A DNA stretch of 64,000 nucleotides from Candidatus Omnitrophota bacterium (lineage in GTDB: Bacteria > Omnitrophota > Gorgyraeia > Zapsychrales > Zapsychraceae): assembly GCA_015233405.1 (NCBI GenBank), contig JADFXT010000008.1, forward strand, positions 11,250-75,249, read 5' to 3'. Of this stretch, positions 32,501 to 44,500 are shown piece after piece; the first letter of the stretch is position 1, and every line of letters starts with the position of its first letter. The translations under genes and the position numbers were made by a program. The notes beneath the pieces were generated by a model that was given only the letters and a program-made list of their open reading frames with translations, searched no databases and was not told where the DNA came from.

Positions 32501-35500
32501 AAAACCTCTTAAAAATAACGTTGTAAAACCTGCAACCGTCATTAAAAGGAAACCGATTCCAATATTAGGGACAGACAAAAGCGGCGCCACTTGAAAAGAT
32601 CCTGTCATGAGCCAATAAATTTCAACGCCGATAGCAACCAATATACCGACGGCCCATGGAGCAGGAGATTTCCTTATATTATTGAGGCCAGTCAAAACCT
32701 TCTTTACGTTCAACAAAAATTTCGAAGGTTTCCGAGACGATTTTGATTTAGAAATCACTTTAGTCTGTTGGACTTTCGGAGCTTTTATTAGCGTAAGCTC
32801 TTCAGACATGATGTTAAACTGTTGCAACTGCTTAACTTCACTTGGAAAGGATTTTAAGGTTCTCTGCTCGGCATTCTCATGCGATAAACCTTGTGATTCT
32901 TCAACAAATTCATGATAATTAATAGCTTTTAGTAAAGAGGCTGGATTTTCAACAGTTTGGAGTTTATTAAATACCTTAGACGAGAGATAAATCTTCAAGA
33001 CGCCACTTTCCTCAATAGCAAAGATAAAAATCTTTGGCATCGTCGGCGGAGCAGTAGCGGCAAACTTTGCTAAATAAAATTTCACGGGCTTAGAATATAA
33101 ATATTTGTCCGCGATTTCCTTGAATAATCGTTTTGGCGACGCCACCAAATGTTTCTTTGCCCAAACTAAATGCTCTTTAGTCAAATTTCCGAAATAACCG
33201 TTGGCCTCTTTTTTGTGTTCTTCCGTCGGTCGAGCAGAGGCTTTTTTCTTGAACACCTTAACCAACGCCAACCCCAACAATCCGCCGCCTAAATAACAAA
33301 CCGCCGCCCAAAAATTACTGATCCCCATTTGAGGAACGAACAAGGCGACATACGCGCCGAAGAATCCGACAAACGTTCCAACCAAGAAGCCAACATAAGA
33401 CCAAGCGTTACCCGGCAATCGAAAAGCAAAACCCTTCTTCGTAGAGAATTTAGTCCCTAAAAGCCACATAACGATGATGGACCACGTCGGGTTAAATAAG
33501 GACCCCACGGATATCATGGCATCAGAACCTTGCGGTTTATTTAAATTGAAATAATCGATTTCCGGCCAATATATCCAATTTAACGGAAGCCAGCGACGGA
33601 CCTTTTCTTTATTATTTTCTATCATCTCTTTTGTGGAAATCGGCTTGATCCATCCTCGGGACATAGCAAACTTTTCATAAAGTCCAAAAACAGCCATACT
33701 CCAAAGCACGCAAATGATTGTTGTTGCGGTCTGATTGACCAAGACCTTGAACAGCATTCCAAATACCGTCGGGTCTATAAATAAATATTGGTTGTAAAAG
33801 ACACGTAATCCTGAGGCAAACAAAAAGCCCATACAAAGAGGGATCACAACAACCATTTTCCAGAATTCCGCTTTCTTTTCACCCACGCTCAATTTTTGTC
33901 CTTTGATTTGATTAGAAACAAGACAAACAACTTCTCCGACGATGCTAAAGATCGCCATATTGACCCAAGAAGGAAATATCCGTAACGATCCCGGGAAAAC
34001 CAAAAGAACTGTGACTGTCATCATAGAAGTTAAAATCATCAGAAATATGTAGTTATGCTTCTTTAACCACGAAATCCATTTCTTCTCTATTTTTGGCTCT
34101 ACAACTTTTTGTGGCTTAGGACTCGACATCACAAGAGCGCTCTTTACATCGACGGGTTTATTATGAATTTTTGCATATCTCTCTTTTAAAGGTTTATATT
34201 CCAATATCGAAGCATAGACTTCACCGACGATCTTTCTGACCAAAGCAAAGCCTGCGCCAGATGGATTAACAGGCGACGGCTTCGGTAAAATATGAAGCGT
34301 CGTGTAAATCTGCTGCAATTTTTCCAAAGCAAATATCCCGCCGAATGTCAGATAAGCCCCAACACTCATCAAAATGCTGCGGAAAATATCTTTTTGGGCA
34401 GTCTTGATTGGATAATTCCGAATGATCCTCTGCGAATAATTCAGCGCTCCACCGACTAAACTAACCAGCAAAATATCCAAGGCGACATTGACCTTCCCAT
34501 TCGCTACAATAATGAAAAAGACAAGATAAGCCCCGACGCTCATGGCAATGCTGCGGACAATATCTTTCTTGGCGGTGTTCTTGGGATTATCTCGAAGAGT
34601 CTTCTGAGAATAATTCAACACAACAACGGCCAGGCCAATAAACACAGCAATATCCAAAATAATACTGAAAGCCATTCCATGGGAAACCGCACTGATAGGA
34701 TTAGAGACGAACACTTTAGTCGCTACAATAAGGATGCTTGATAAACCGCTCACCAATATGTCATTGGCTAACTGACGTCGTCTGATTGCGGAGGACTCCC
34801 ATTTTCCGGTTACCTTTTTATTGGCAAGTAGATTCACTCCAACATTATGAATAACCATCAATAATACCCAAGTCAAAGCGGCCCAGAACGAATACGAAGA
34901 AAAGCCTTTGCTGATGGCCATTCCTAAAAATGTGGCGATGGAGCCATAAATCATTTTTCTGTAAGTAACCGCACGGAATTTATTGTCACTATCCGGCCTG
35001 CCATTCTCGAAGAAAATGTCGGAGCTGGCCTTGAGCCTTGAGAGAATATTCTTACGATGATCTTTTTCCGACTTAGGACTAAACATCCCTGTCAGATAGG
35101 CAATGCTCTTTAGATTAAATAGATTTTTTGTTAATACACTAGTAACGAAGTGCGGAATGTGAAGAAAAACTTCAAGGTATTCATGGAGGCTGATGGTCTT
35201 AAGAATTTCCAGCGTCATCGGGCGAGTGCGGTCTTCGGAAACAATCTTTGTAGCAGAAGATAACACAATTGGATCACTATCAAACTTCGATTGAGAGCAA
35301 AATTCAGGCGAGAAATAAATCTTTAAGGTACCGCTTTCTTGAACAGCAAAAATAAAATCGTTGGGTAGGCTCGGCGGTGCAGTAGCGGCAAACTTCGCCA
35401 AATAAAACTTTACCGGCATACCAAATAAAGAAATTCGGATATTACCAAACAATTCCTCTGGCGATATAACCATGTTCATTTTAACCCACGCCAAAAGTGT

Positions 35501-38500
35501 CTTTGTCAAATTCCCAAAATATCCATAGCTCTCCGCCGGGTTCTTTCTCGACGAGTTATTATCCTGGATTGGCTTATTAGGATTCACGACTTTTAAGCTA
35601 TATTGTTTACCGGAATCCCCTAGATCATCCACAAAAATAGATCTTTTACCCGCCACGGCTTTCCAGAAGGCAAGCGCGTCTTTATAGATATAGGTGCTGG
35701 TGATCTTAGAAACCTTTAGAGTATTAAATGCGTATTGCTTGATCTCATTAAATAACCTGGTTCCAATTCCACGGCGTCTGTGATCCGGATTAACAGCGAG
35801 CGTCATAATAACCACATCATCAGACCTGACATTGAATTTGGTAAAACCAACAATTTTATTATTCTGGTCGACGGCAAATCTGGCATTGGCGTCAAAATAA
35901 TTTGTATACGGGAGAGAAACTCTATGAAGCACGCTTGTCTTTTGGGCCCACTTTGTTAAATTGTCCCAAGCCGCCTCAACTTCTTGTTGACTCATGATCG
36001 TATTAAGATCTTTGGGTTCCACAATCCTGACGGATGCTCCTGTTACAGATTGAATGACGATATCAGCGGATTTCGTCGAGATCTCCTCTTCTTTCTGAAC
36101 CGCATTCTTCCTTTGCTCCGTAATCTCCGTCGCCTTTTGTTTTCCTTCCCCATTAGACATTAACGAGCCCGCCAGAAAAGAAGACAACGCCAAATCAAGA
36201 TTACCCGCTAATCCAATATCGCCAGCTTGCCGTGTACCGTTCATGGAATGTCTTGCCCCACGGGCAGAATCAAGCGCACGCACTGACATACGGACGAGAT
36301 ATTTTCCTCTTGCTAAATGCGGACCGCTTAAGAAAACCCTGCCGCTGCCGGCAGAAACGCGGATTTGCTGACGACGAACAAGCTGTCCTGAAAGGTTAAA
36401 GACTTTGACATCCAGATCTGCCGGCTTCGCCAAAACGTATCTGACTTCTATCGTGCTGCCGGATAGGTCATAGCGGACAATGATATTGCTGGGAACCAGC
36501 GAAGAAGAATTATCCAAAGTCGGTGTTTTCTTCCAGGCGTTCTTAAGCGTTGTATAAACAGCTTTCTCTTGCCCGTCGATCGTAAGAAGCCCATAATATT
36601 CTTCATTGGAATAACTATCATACGGCACACCGTTGTTCGCAGCGCCGCCTGCATCCTGCTGCGACGGATTTCCGGCTTTCCACCACTCATCACGCCACTC
36701 CATGAAAGTCACGCCGATACACGTATCTTTATATTTATTGACCTCGGTCCAAATATTTTGGACCGCCTGGGCCTGTGCGGCCGCATCAGCTTTGCCGGTC
36801 TGGTTGTTATAAGAATCCGTCCCGGCCTCCGAGAAATACATGCCTACATCTTTGCCAAGCTGGGATTTTAAAGTCTGCCACTGGGTAAAAATATTGGTGC
36901 CGCCGTTACGTTCACCGGCCGGGTCATCCCATCGATACACATTGATTCCCCAAATATCCACACTCGGGCATTTTTTGACCACATCCAGCGTCGGGATCTC
37001 TCCGTGGGCCGTTGCCGTCGGATGATTTGCATCATTAGCTTTTGCATAAGCCGCAGCCGTTTCAAGCTCCGTATACCAATTATTAATGTCGTTACTAAAC
37101 CATTCCGGATGAAAATTGTATTCATTCCCGAATTCCCAGAACAGGACCGCCGGGTGGCTCTTATAATTCGTAATAAAAGTTTTATAGCCGCCGTTATAAA
37201 TGTCCGGCCCGGGAACGGTGCGGTCATCATTGTGCGGAATATTAAAAATCAAGAATATCCCGGCGGCGGCAAAAGCATCCAGAACAGTTTTATCCGTTAC
37301 AGGAAAATAAAGGCGGACCGCATTGACGCCCATATCGACCATCTTGGCGATATCCGTGGAAAGATTGGTGAAATCATAACCGTCTTTATAAGTTTTTCCT
37401 TTAGCCACCGGTGAATAAGTGACCCCGCGGATCTGGGTCACGACGCCATCAATAAGAAGTTTCCCGCCGCTTTGTTTGACGACTCGCGGACCAGCAGCAG
37501 CCAAGGTCTTTGCCGTGGCAGAAGTTTTCGTTCCAGAAAAAGTTAGAAAAGCCAGGCCGGCGCCCAACGCACTTAAGAATCCTCGACGGGAAACAGGCTT
37601 CTTGTCAGCTTTGGGGGTTTCAGAAATTGTTTTGTCAGCCAGAGTAGAAGCTATGGACTGCTCATTTTTCGCGTTTAGATCTTTTATCGCAATCGGGAAA
37701 AGAGGCGCGTTGACTAAATCAAACCGGAAGCTATCTTTCTCGCCAGCTTTCTTAAATCCAAGACCAAGCCAGAAGGAATCGTTGACGGAGTTTTTAATAT
37801 CAAAATACGAACAGCCCAGGTCTTTGGATATGGCAAGCCCCAAAAGTGCGAGCGCACCCCCCAAATGTTTCTTGCGTAGGGCTAAATCGTAAACCTCAAT
37901 GGCATTGGTTCCTTGTTCATAACCATAATTAGCGAAACCAGGATTGAAATAAAAATATCCGGCCATCTGCTTTTGATCGTTAAGATAAGCAAAAATGGCA
38001 TATGTTTGATTTTCGGGAATGCTGCTTAGCGTCTTTAATTCAAAACGGACAACTGTTCCGTCGGTCGCCTTGAGTGACAACTCGCCATTCGCCAATAGAA
38101 TTCGATCAGCGTCAATCGGAGTCATTTCTCCAATGACGACCTCTTTGTCCACCAAAGACAATAAGGTAGAAACTTGTTTCATAAATTCAGAACTGGGCGA
38201 CGATATGCCCATACTCTCTATGGAAACAACTTTGTCCGGGAAGATCTTATTTAATAACTCCTTAATCGTCCCTATGGCTCGCCGGGATTCCGGAGAATTA
38301 CGCTTTTCTTCGCTATTGGCAATCTCTAAAGCCTCAGCCAAATACGGCACCACACGAATCCATCTCTCGCTCATCTCCTCAGAGGAATAATTTTTGATTA
38401 CAGAATCCGCCTTCTTCTTAAGCGGATTAACAAATTCTATTTCCCCATCTACAACGATCGGCCAATACTGTAAAGTTTGGAAAGGAGGATTGCCTCTGGT

Positions 38501-41500
38501 ATCCAGATCGCGCAATAATCTTCGCATCAAGCGCAATTCCAGAGGAACATCGACAAAGATCTTTTCTATCGGAGCATCTTTCACCTCTTCTGTCACCGTC
38601 GGAGAAAGCGCATAAAGCGATTCTAATAATAATGTTCCGTTTCTAGGCACTGAAACAATTCTCCCAGAATGCCTCTTACTCTCGTGTTTCTCAAAATCAA
38701 ACGAAGGTAAATCGACTTCTTCGCCATTCATCAAGCGCCCAATATCTTCTTTGGCCCATTCGAGGTGAATAGCCCCCGGCGAATCCCCATTCGGGCTGCC
38801 ATCCGCCAACGTTGGCCATTCGGCTATATTTTTATAATACCAATCTAAAGACAACAATAAGACCGGGCTTCCGGATTCTTCAATCTCTTTCACTTTCTTC
38901 TCGGCTAAAGTCGTTTTTCCGCTTCCGCTCGGTCCACCGATGATGATCACTTTGCGGGTATTCAGCGCGGAATTCTTAGATGCGGAGTTCTTCTTGTCCC
39001 AATTTTTTCCTAAAATAATCTTTTTAAACCATTCAAAACCTTTATATCCGAAGAATAACCCCATCGCAAATCCACCGGCGTTATAAACACCGCTGGCCAA
39101 TACTTCCCCTGTTTTGGCCAGTATATTAAGGTCCCCTATCGAGAAGTCCGTCAAAGACATCATGATGCCAAAAGAAATGTTGACGAAAATAGCTCGACGA
39201 GCGATACTCCAGAAGTTTTCTTTCACAAATTTCCAGCTTAATGATTTTTCTTCATCCTGAAGAGACTGATAATTAATAGTGAACACAGCGTTCGCTGCCA
39301 GAATAAACCAAATCATCCCGAGCCCAAACAGAAAAGAGCCAAAAGACGTCATTGCGTTAATAGCGACAACAGCTCTCGTCACTGTTTCCGCATTAGCTAG
39401 AGCACCGGACAACAAGATAAAGAAAGGAACCAAAAATACTAATTTTTTGGGCGATAAAAAGGACGGAATTTGTGAAAGCGCTTTCCATGAAGATAAAAAT
39501 AAAGATTTTGCATCTCTACAAATTTCCGGCGCGAATAAAGAAGCAGGGAAAGAATACAACGTAACATCCTTAGTCTCTGCTTGAACTTGGGTTTCTTTAG
39601 AAACAGGCAAAGGATTAATTTCCTTCAGGACTTTCTGATATTCTTCGTCGACAACATGGCGGATTTCATTAAAATCTTTGATCGAATTAATTTTCGCTGC
39701 CAATGCGCGAATTGACTCATCGTTTTCTTTTTTGGCAATCTCAGTCAAGAAACCAACTAAAAGAGTTTTTGCCCTTGCTTTATAATCATCAGACTTTACC
39801 CCGCTTTGAGGAATGTGGATGCCGAATTCTAGTGCATAATAACCAAGAAGGGTATTCAGAGTGCTCAGATATAATTCATGACTTAAACTATTATAAAGCG
39901 TAAAATTACAAAAATCCTGCGCAGCGATAACCGCCTTCTGATAAAGATTCTGTTGGCTTATGGGCCGGCCCTTTAGTGCGTCATCGATACGCCGTAAAAC
40001 CATTGGATCACGGAGCATCTGAATTGAGACCATAACGCCATCGCATCCTGTTTCGAGCATTTTGACCGCATCATCCGCCGAAGAAATATCGCCGTTACCA
40101 TAAATCAGCTTATCCGGGAATGCCTTCTTAAGCCGCTCTAAATAATCCCATTTTGCTTTGGCTGTCTGCGCTTTCTCGAATTTTCGTGGGACATCATAAA
40201 TTTCAAACTGTGTGCGGGTATGTAAAGTGATCCAATCCGCTCCGGCTTCAAAAAGTTTCTCAAAAAATTCACGCGTCGCTTCTTCATCCGGATTATGCGA
40301 ATCGTCTTTAAATAATATCCTTGTTTTAACGCTGACCGGTATTTGGACATGGGCTTTGACCTCTCTAACGATACGCGCCGCCAATTCAGGTTGATAGGTC
40401 AAACCAATTCCGCCAGTAATCTGCTTACCTTCAGGAATCCCCTCAACTTTAACCATTATTTTTTGATTAAATAAAGGAACGCAACCCATATTAATATCTA
40501 TCGCGGAGGCACCTTGCCGCTGGGCAATCAAGGCCGCTTTGACAAAATATCCTACGATTTTATCTTCGCTATCAAAAATCTGTTCCTCATTAAGCTCTTC
40601 AGGAAGGCTGTGGGGACCTGCAAGCTGAATGATCACATATCGTTCAAGGCTTGAAATATCAAGACGAGGTAAACCAGTTTTCCAGTCCGCATCAAACGAA
40701 AAACGCGGATTATAAAACGGTTTAGAAAAAATATTTCCAATACGAACCAAATCCGACTCAGTCATGAAATCGGCTTCGGAGCCTAAAAGCGCCCCAAGTA
40801 ACACCCTCTTGGCAACAACCGTCAATAGATCAACCGGCCCAGAAATTTCCTTTGGCATATTTTTATTTATTATTCTTTCAACCAAAGATTCTCTTCGCAT
40901 CCATTTGATCTTTAAAAATTTCCGTCTCTTGACAGGAGCTGATTGAATCTGGTATCCCCAATTAGAATTAAAATCTGTAAATTCTACAGTTCTTAGCTCT
41001 TTCTCGGGCATGCCAAAAATACTAACTATTTGAAGCGTTCTTGTCGGATTAGGAATAAAAAACTCCAAGAAATACTCAGACCCCTCTTTGGAAACACGGG
41101 CGGGAAGTGTAGTGTTCACATTCCCCAAAGATTTAAATCCAAACTTTCTGATGACCTGGGCATAAATATTACCTTCAAAATTTAATAGCTGTTTTGCCTG
41201 CTCCTTAAAAAACCTCAGCGGAATCTTTATGCGGAGAGCATCATATGAATTTCCAGTAGATACGACCTTAGTATCACCAAGTTGCATAATGCGACACGAA
41301 ATCGCTTCTTCTTTAGCTGTTAAGATTTCGGGGAAATAGTCCTTGTTGTCCTTTTTCAGGGCCTCACGCAAAATCGAAGATAAACGATCTCGAATCAAAA
41401 GAGGCACTTTAGTGGAAACTTCACTCCACTTCGCTTCTGGGATATCTAAACCATTAAATTTAATCATAAAATCAACTGCTAAACGTTTTGGCTCTAAAGT

Positions 41501-44500
41501 AATCCGAACAAATCTATTAGGTGTTAAATAATGATAAACATATATTCCCGCATCATTATTTGATGGAACCTTTTCTACCTTGACATCGAGAGGCGCCGTA
41601 AAGCTCATGCCAGCTTGACAAGCCGACGTCGTCCATGAACGTTCAAGTTTCGACATCAGATCAGGATTCTTCTTCAATATACCTATGATGTTAATATTTT
41701 TGCTGCCCTTGCCCTTGACATTGAATTCCTCATGGGCGTGTCCCCATGTATTAGGAGCACTCATACATCCTTCAAAGCTCACAGCCTGTTCATGACTGAG
41801 CCCTTTAACGGTCTCTAAATATTCATGTTCGGCGATTCTTCTTTGATCTAATTCAGAATCTTTTGCATTTAAATCAGGATGGTTCTGCAGAAATTTGTCA
41901 TATTCAGAAGAGGAAAGAACAACTTTAAGAAGACTGTTACTGGACTGAAAGGCCCCAAAACAAAAATCCTGAGGAACATTGAGCGCCGGCGGAGCATTGG
42001 CCGGATAAGCCATGCGATAAAATTCAACGTTGATTTTCTCCTCGCCGAAGTTCGATGATATGGATTCAAAAACCTTGGTGAGGTCACCAGGATTAAGCTC
42101 AACTTGCTTACGTAAGAACGTTACCTGGTCTGAATTAAGATTTCCATTTAGGCCAAAACGATTAGCCGAAGGCGCCTTTCCTGATTGCTGATAAGGCAAC
42201 TCTGGCTGATCCATAACCTTATTATCTTTGGCCGCAACTTCTATTTTCTCCTCTAGAAATTCCCTTACCCGTTTAAAACGCGCTTGAATTCCTTGTTTGG
42301 GTGAGACGCTGTAAAAGATTTTTATAATCTTTTTAATTCGATTAGCATACGGCGTAAAACTTTGATCGACCCTTTGCCGGATATCCATGGCTTTCCGCAA
42401 GGTGTGGCTATAATTTTTTCCCTCTGCGCGTTCGCGCAAAGCCATATCAAAAACATGAAACTCTGGGCTCATATCCCGAGGATAACCGGTTCCCGAATAA
42501 AGGGCTTCAGCTTCTTTAAGGAATATGTCGTACATGTTAAAACGCACAGCGGTCAGGATTAACTGCATTTGGATCGCCGCCGGGAACATATCGGTTTCAT
42601 AAAGCTGAATTTTCTTAACCGACTGATATAAAGAATCAAAGGCTTTTTGCGCCAATCCGTTTAATCCGAGCGATTTCAATCGTAAGAACAATTTTCCGGA
42701 TATGACCCAGATGTTATGCAATAAATCCCGGGCGACCAAAGTGTAGTTCTCTCGGTTAATTACTCCAGCCGCTTCCTTCGCCCTAACTTCTTCCCAAAGA
42801 TTGTTTAATGTTCTTTCTTGCGCAAAAGCGTCATCAACGATTCGGCTATATTTTAAAACAAAATCCTGGCGCATTTGTTTCTGCAAGAATTCTTTCATGG
42901 CTCCAGGTTTTCCAATAATGATGTCGGAAATCGTCAGGAAGTTATTATCCAAATCCCGAATCTTACGGTCACGGACAACAATATCATTTGAATCATAAAC
43001 ATTAAACCAGCAGAACTCACTGACGTAATAAAGCAAAGCGGCCAATTCTTCTTTTCTGGCTGTCTTAAGATATTCCGCCGAGAAATAAGCGGTAAACCGG
43101 CTGCGGCCGCTATGGACCATGGAAATCAAGTTTTGAATCGGATCTGAACAAATTGGTTTAGCTTTCATATCCAACTCTACAACGGTCAAGATTCCCCGAA
43201 CCTGTTTTACAATTTCGCTAACCACCCCGACCCCGAGGCGCGGAGCGACACTTTCCAAATAATCCAACGCTTCTAAAATTTTCTGAGCGCTAGTACTCTT
43301 CGTTCTATCTTCGGGCTCCGTTTCCCCCAAAGTATGATTAAGATTTTTCATATAATAATGATCATACCCATAAACAATGCCCTTACCGTAAGCGCTGACA
43401 ATACTGTTACGGGTCTGGCGAATCTGCGGATTTGTGACAATAACTTCCTTATTCCCATAATGAGACATGTAGAGGTCATAAATATGTCCGGAATATTGAG
43501 GTATCATTCCAAGTTCGTGGAATAATAAACCATAAAAATTGAGGGAAAACGGTTTATCTCCCTTAAGGGCTTCACCTTTAAGGAAGTTCTCTTTAAAATA
43601 TGCCTCCTGATTCAAGATATCCGTAATAGCTTTTTCTGGCCCATATTTTGCAATTAGTCGACGGGAATTATAAATAAAACTATCCATGTTCGTAAAATCC
43701 CGGCTTAATCGGTCAAATAACAAATCTAAAAGATCCGTCTTACTCAAATTGCCACGGCTTAACACACCCGCCAACCCTTCCACATCGCTGATGCTTGAGA
43801 AATCCTTCTCAATTTTCTTTTCTGCCGCCGGAGATTGAACATCATCGCGCTGTTGAGGAACACCCATTTTGCGAATCTCTTCCAATTCTTTCCCAGCGGT
43901 GCTCATAGAAATAATGATGTCAAATTTTTCCCCGTTAAGGCTGCGGATTTTGTCCTCTATCAGCTGTTCGGTATTAGGCCCAAGCTTGAAACTATTGACG
44001 GGCACATTTTTACCAGTCCTCTCCTTTTGCTCAAGCAGGACTAATCGAATCGTTTCCGGCGCGGAAAGGAAGGCCTGGGCCTCTCTTAAAGTCATCTTGA
44101 CCGCTAAACCTTTCTCCGCTGTGATCGTCACGCGAGGTAATATATTTCGGTGATCTTTTAAGAACGCCGCCAATGCTTTTGTGACATATCCATAATCCGA
44201 TTCGCCGAAATAAATCAAGTTTCTAATATTGTTAAATTCCGCATTCTCCGTCAGTATTTTCAAGTGGGAATTGCCGCCGGTAGAATCCATGCCGATGACC
44301 TGCTGATACAACTTAAGAAGAATGAGCTGAAATTTGAATTCGAAAACGGAATTTGTGCTGATCGCGTCAAATTCTTTGACGACTTCCTGATCCTTATAAA
44401 AGACTTTTTCTATGAACTCCAACTGGCCTAAGTTAATCTTGGAAAGTGTGGTCCCTCGTTTAATGAGAATTTCATATAATCCGGAAACCTCTCCAGCCAT

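Noticed and set aside
19076-38959. Giant ORF as an assembly chimera created by the duplicated uridine-kinase module.
   Set aside because: Both copies are flanked on both sides by unique sequence that stays in the same frame, and the copies differ by scattered substitutions and a one-codon indel. Only read-level data can finally exclude misassembly.
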